A stretch of 41,118 nucleotides of DNA. Origin: Candidatus Cryptobacteroides sp. Lineage in GTDB: Bacteria > Bacteroidota > Bacteroidia > Bacteroidales > UBA932. Under the pieces are notes generated by a model, which saw nothing but the letters and a program-made list of their open reading frames with translations, did no database searches and was not told where the DNA came from. Position 1 is the first letter of the stretch; each line of letters opens with the position of its first letter. Positions 36,425 to 41,118 of this stretch are shown here, piece after piece. The position numbers and the translations under genes are program-made. The stretch spans positions 1 to 41,118 of the forward strand of contig JBGUXJ010000157.1 of the NCBI GenBank assembly GCA_045222055.1, read 5' to 3'.

Positions 36425-39400
36425 ATGAAAAGTATCTGTACAAAACTCTTGGCCGTCATGCTCTTGTGCATGTCGTCCATCGTGGTGTCCGCCCAGCGCG
36501 GATACCAGGTAAGAGGTACTGTCGTCGATGCGCAAGGCCCGGTCATCGGAGCCACCGTCGTCGAACAGGGGACCAACAACGGTGTGTCAACCGGGCTGGA
36601 CGGTGACTTCGTCCTCAGTGTGTCCGGGCCGGATGCGACCGTCGAGGTCAGCTGCATCGGTTACGCGACCGTTTCTTTCAAGGCATCCCAGGTGCCGGGA
36701 CGGATCCAGTTGTCCGAAGACAACGAATACCTCGACGAGGTGGTTGTCATCGGTTATGGTGAAGTCAAGAAATCCGATGCCACCGGATCGGTCGTAGCCA
36801 TGAAGCCGGATGAACTTAACCGTGTGAAAGCCAACACGACCGAAGACCTCCTTCTCGGTAAGATCGCCGGTCTGCAGATCACCCAGGGTTCCGGTTCCGC
36901 CGGTTCCACCGGTACGATCCGTATCCGCCAGGGCGCTTCCCTGAACGCCTCCAACGAGCCGCTCATCATCGTTGACGGAATGGTCGGCGAGAGCATCCAC
37001 TCGGTCAATGCGGATGACATCGAGTCCGTCAACGTCCTGAAGGACGCCTCCTCCGCCGCGATCTACGGCGCGCGGGGCGCGAACGGCGTCATCATCATCA
37101 CCACCAAGAAAGGTCCGCAGTCCAAGGGCCGGCAGGTTGTCGCGCCGCGGGTATCCTACAGGGGTGACTATTCCGTCAACTATGCCTACAAGAAACTCGA
37201 GGTCTATGATGCCGATGAGTTCCGCGAGGAATACATCCGCCGTGGCTGGGATGCCGAACTGCTGGGCGACGCCCATTCCGACTGGCAGAAAGCCATCAGC
37301 CAGACGGCCTTCAACCACCGCCACACCGTCTCCCTCCGGGGTGCGCTGCCTTACCTGCCGTACCGCGTTTCCGTCGGTTTCCAGGACAGCAAGGGTGTCG
37401 TGAAGGGCAACAAGCAGGATGTCTGGACCGCCTCGGTCAACCTCAATCCGAAGTTCCTGGACGACCACCTGGCCCTCGACATCGGCCTTCGTGAGAACTA
37501 CAAGAAGTCCCCGGCCAGCGGCGGTTCCATCACTTCCGCGGCCTTGACCGACCCGACCCGTCCGATCTATACCGACTATGGTCCGGCCACGGTCAACGGT
37601 GTCACCTATGACAAGAAGGCCTTCGGTTTCAACATGTTCGGCGCCGACGCCCAGGGTAACAACCCGATCTCGACCGGCAACCAGGTGGCCAGCGCCCTGT
37701 ATCCGGGCTTCGGCTACAGCGAGAACAACCGCCTTTCCGCGAACGTTTCCCTCGTCTACAAGGTCCACGGGTTCGAGGATCTGTCCGCGACCGTTTCCTT
37801 CAACGGGAACAAGTATAACTCCTATACCAAGAACCTCGGCCGCGACAACGCCCCGGGTACCTGGTCTTCCTCCATGGTGGCCCTCGGCAAGGGCGGTCAG
37901 GGTACGAATTCCTACAGCACGTCCGACAGTTTCCACTACAACATCGACTACTTCCTGAACTACAAGCATGTCTTCGCCGGGAAGCACTCCGTGGATGCGA
38001 CCGTCGGTCACTCGTATGAGCGTGACTATGGCAAGAACTACAGTTCCGCCTCCTTCTACAACGACGGCGACCAGGTCGAGAACAGCCTCGAGTCCAAGAG
38101 CCAGAGCGAACTCCGCCTCGCCTCCTGGTTCGGCCGCCTGAACTACATCTTCAACGAGAAGTACCTGTTCACGTTCACGATGCGTGCCGATGCTTCCTCG
38201 CGTTTCGCGCCGGAAACCCGCTGGGGCTACTTCCCGTCCGCGGCCATCGCCTGGAAGCTTGACAAGGAACCGTTCATCAAGAACCTCGGTTTCATCAATG
38301 AACTCAAGCTCCGCGCCAGTTACGGCAAGACTGGCCAGCAGGATATCGGTACCCGCTATGCCTACCAGGCCAGTTACTATGTCTCCGACGACAACCACTC
38401 CTACCTGGACAACGGTACCTGGTACAACGCCTACCGGCCGACCGCTTTCGACCGTACCATCCAGTGGGAGGTCACCACGACCAAGAACATCGGTCTCGAC
38501 TTCGGCTTCTGGAAGAACCGCGTCAGCGGCAGCATGGAATACTATTACCGCTGGACCGACAACCTGCTGATGAACTCGGTCAAGATTCCGGCCGGTTCCA
38601 ACTTCTCCAACGCCCTCGACCAGAACATCGGCGAGATGTCCAGCCGTGGTTTCGAACTGTCCCTGAGCTTCGTTCCGGTCAGCACCCGCGACCTGTACTG
38701 GACCATCAACACCAACTTCGCCTGGAACGATGCCCGCATTGAATCCTTGACGGCTTACGAGGATCCTGACGCCTACATCACCATCGGCAACTCCAGCCGG
38801 TACATGCGGGTCAACAAGGTCGGCCACAAGCCGCAGACCTTCTACCTGGCCAAGCAGGTCTATGAAAACGGAAAGGCCGTCGAGAAATGGTACAACCCGG
38901 CTTACGATTCCAACGATCCGGATTCCCAGGAATACCTGACCGACACCACCTCCGACTCCGCCCGCTGGATGGAAGGCAAGGACCGCAGCGGCCTCGTCCC
39001 GTTCTACGGCGGTCTCACTTCCCAGCTCAAGTACAAGAACTGGGACTTCGGCATCAACTCCCACTACGGCTTCGGCCAGTATGTGTTCTGGGAGACCATG
39101 TACGGCGGCTGCGACTATTCCTTCTACAGCCAGTACAACAACTACCCGACCAACACCTTCAAGGGCGTGATCCCCGACTGGTCCATCGAACACTACGAGT
39201 CTGACTACTGGCTCTACAAGGGCGACTACTTCAAGCTCGACAGCATCGTTGCCGGTTACACCTTCAACAAGACCCGCTGGTTCCGCAGCTGCCGCGTGGC
39301 GCTCGGTCTCCAGAACGTCTTCACGATCACCAACTACCCGGGCATCGATCCGGAAGTCTTCGGCGGCATGGATTCCTCCTCGACGCCGCGTCCGCGTATC

Positions 39401-39430
39401 GCCATGCTTTCCCTGAACATCGATTTTTAA
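36425..39430 (+). CDS. SusC-like TonB-dependent transporter (no STN domain)
   Basis: Signal peptide, LDEVVVIGYG, GASLNASNEPLIIVDG, DIESVNVLKDASSAAIYGARGANGVIIITTKKG, terminal Phe. Confidence 0.95.
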   Translation: MKSICTKLLAVMLLCMSSIVVSAQRGYQVRGTVVDAQGPVIGATVVEQGTNNGVSTGLDGDFVLSVSGPDATVEVSCIGYATVSFKASQVPGRIQLSEDNEYLDEVVVIGYGEVKKSDATGSVVAMKPDELNRVKANTTEDLLLGKIAGLQITQGSGSAGSTGTIRIRQGASLNASNEPLIIVDGMVGESIHSVNADDIESVNVLKDASSAAIYGARGANGVIIITTKKGPQSKGRQVVAPRVSYRGDYSVNYAYKKLEVYDADEFREEYIRRGWDAELLGDAHSDWQKAISQTAFNHRHTVSLRGALPYLPYRVSVGFQDSKGVVKGNKQDVWTASVNLNPKFLDDHLALDIGLRENYKKSPASGGSITSAALTDPTRPIYTDYGPATVNGVTYDKKAFGFNMFGADAQGNNPISTGNQVASALYPGFGYSENNRLSANVSLVYKVHGFEDLSATVSFNGNKYNSYTKNLGRDNAPGTWSSSMVALGKGGQGTNSYSTSDSFHYNIDYFLNYKHVFAGKHSVDATVGHSYERDYGKNYSSASFYNDGDQVENSLESKSQSELRLASWFGRLNYIFNEKYLFTFTMRADASSRFAPETRWGYFPSAAIAWKLDKEPFIKNLGFINELKLRASYGKTGQQDIGTRYAYQASYYVSDDNHSYLDNGTWYNAYRPTAFDRTIQWEVTTTKNIGLDFGFWKNRVSGSMEYYYRWTDNLLMNSVKIPAGSNFSNALDQNIGEMSSRGFELSLSFVPVSTRDLYWTINTNFAWNDARIESLTAYEDPDAYITIGNSSRYMRVNKVGHKPQTFYLAKQVYENGKAVEKWYNPAYDSNDPDSQEYLTDTTSDSARWMEGKDRSGLVPFYGGLTSQLKYKNWDFGINSHYGFGQYVFWETMYGGCDYSFYSQYNNYPTNTFKGVIPDWSIEHYESDYWLYKGDYFKLDSIVAGYTFNKTRWFRSCRVALGLQNVFTITNYPGIDPEVFGGMDSSSTPRPRIAMLSLNIDF

Positions 39431-39443
39431 CCAGAAGACCGTC

Positions 39444-41118
39444 ATGAAAAAGATATTTTATGCCATTTGCGCCGCAGCGCTTCTCCTGACCGTTTCCTGC
39501 GAGAACCTGGACCTCTTCCCGGAGTCCGAAGCTGCGCTTTCCGAGGACGAAGTGTTCTCGACCTACGAAGGCTACCATGGCTTCTTCCTCAAATGCTACC
39601 TGGCCATGGTCTGCGAAAACCAGGGTTCCGGCCACGGCGGTGACGACCTGTCCGGCTGGGATGCCGGCCGTTCGACCTTCCTGCGTGCCCTCTACTGGTC
39701 CCAGGAGGCCCCTTCCGATGAAATGTACAACCGCTCCGGTTCCGGTTACGGCCTGCGCAACGCGACGGCGATGAACTGGGAACCCGGTACGCAGTTCCCG
39801 ATGTGGCTGTACTACCGCTGCTACCTGATCATCTCCTACACCAATGACCTGCTCCGCCGTACGACGGAAAGCCAGCTCAAGGACAACGGTGTCTATGACG
39901 CCTGCAAGAACGAGGTCGGCTACTGGCGTGCGGAGGCCCGATTCATCCGCGCCTACATGTACTACATCCTGATGGACAGCTTCGGCGACGTCGGCTTCGT
40001 CGACGAGACCTCTCCGAACGGTGCCTATCCGGTGCAGTGGACCCGCAAGGAACTCTATTCCTGGCTGACCACCGAACTGGAGGAGATCCAGAACGACCTG
40101 ATGCCTGCCAACCAGCGGGTCTGGGGCCGTGCCAACGCGGCTTCCGCCCAGTTCCTGCTCGCCCGCATCTACCTCGGCTGCCATGTCTATGCCGGCACGA
40201 ACACCGACTACGGCAAGGCCCTCGACTACTGCAAGAAGATCATCAACAGCGGCGCTTTCTCCCTGGCTCCGAACTACATCGAGAACTTCCTGGCGGACAA
40301 CAACACGTCCAAGGAAATCATCTGGGGCCTGGCCTCCGATACCGACCATGTCAACGGTTCCGGCAGCACCAACTACCTGATCAAGGCCAACCTGCATTCC
40401 GCGATGATCGCCGCCGGCACCGGCCTGGACTTCGGCATCACCGAGCAGTGGGGCGGCAACCATTGCATGCGCCAGGTGTTCGTCGAGAAATTTGCCGAGG
40501 AAGACCGTGACTTCCACTATGCCGATCCTTGGGGCGACCAGAAGAAGGACCACCGCGCCCTCCTGTTCATGGGTCCGGAGACCGAAGGCAAGCTTGACGG
40601 CAAGAATGCCCCGCTCGTAAAGGAACTCTACGCCGACGCCGATCCGACCAACACCACGGTCAAGGGTTCCGCCCCGAACGGCGCGCTCTACACCAAGTGG
40701 CGCAACGTCATGAAGGACCGTGTGGTCCGCGAGCCGTCCAAGTACTCCAACGTCGGCTTCCCGGTCATGCGCCTGGCAGACGTCTACCTGATGGCGGCCG
40801 AGGCGATCATGCGCGGCAACGGCGGTACCGCGAACGCGGAAGCTCTCGGGTATGTCAACGAAGTGCGTGATCGCGCCTACTGCCATGACAAATACCATCA
40901 GGCCGGCAAGAATGACACTGACGGCCGGATCTCCCTGAGCGAACTGACCTACCGCTGGCTGCTGGACGAGCGTTCCCGCGAACTCTGGAGCGAGAACTGG
41001 CGCCGGTCCGACCTCATCCGGTTCGACTGCTACACCAACAACTACTCCTGGGATTTCAAGGGCTACATGCCGAACGCCAAGGGCATCAGCTTCTATGGCA
41101 TCGCCGACGTAGATGACA
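39444..41118 (+). CDS. SusD/RagB-like lipoprotein, 3' partial (absent from the ORF track)
   Basis: Hand translation: MKKIFYAICAAALLLTVSC lipobox, AEARFIRAYMYY, RLADVYLMAAEA, LLDERSREL-x4-WRRSDLIRF. Runs off the window end. Confidence 0.9.
   Translation, partial: MKKIFYAICAAALLLTVSCENLDLFPESEAALSEDEVFSTYEGYHGFFLKCYLAMVCENQGSGHGGDDLSGWDAGRSTFLRALYWSQEAPSDEMYNRSGSGYGLRNATAMNWEPGTQFPMWLYYRCYLIISYTNDLLRRTTESQLKDNGVYDACKNEVGYWRAEARFIRAYMYYILMDSFGDVGFVDETSPNGAYPVQWTRKELYSWLTTELEEIQNDLMPANQRVWGRANAASAQFLLARIYLGCHVYAGTNTDYGKALDYCKKIINSGAFSLAPNYIENFLADNNTSKEIIWGLASDTDHVNGSGSTNYLIKANLHSAMIAAGTGLDFGITEQWGGNHCMRQVFVEKFAEEDRDFHYADPWGDQKKDHRALLFMGPETEGKLDGKNAPLVKELYADADPTNTTVKGSAPNGALYTKWRNVMKDRVVREPSKYSNVGFPVMRLADVYLMAAEAIMRGNGGTANAEALGYVNEVRDRAYCHDKYHQAGKNDTDGRISLSELTYRWLLDERSRELWSENWRRSDLIRFDCYTNNYSWDFKGYMPNAKGISFYGIADVDD

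Overview
GC-rich Bacteroidales chromosomal window (TAnnTTTG promoters, SusC/SusD loci). From left to right it holds a partial M3 peptidase; a minus-strand mannoside cluster (SGNH-like esterase, manA, two GH92, GH130); and an ECF sigma/anti-sigma controlled N-glycan PUL (SusC, SusD, GH18-like, LamG, GH18, BACON and Ig-like lipoproteins). Next come a divergent lrp / metY-metX-AK-HSDH methionine cluster with a highly structured ~130-nt leader, GH3, gpmI, a RAYT-like HUH/Y1 transposase, rnr, and the start of a second SusC/SusD pair. The most striking unexplained structure is at the Y1 transposase, which is bracketed by two gap-free homologous 105-bp palindromic elements in inverted orientation. 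A third element with the same geometry (two inverted AA-N4-YT-N7-AR-N4-TT motifs 41-42 nt apart) but an unrelated core lies 4 kb away. Each element has a short tandem-repeat array nearby. All alignments and counts were done by hand; family calls come from recalled motifs, not database searches.
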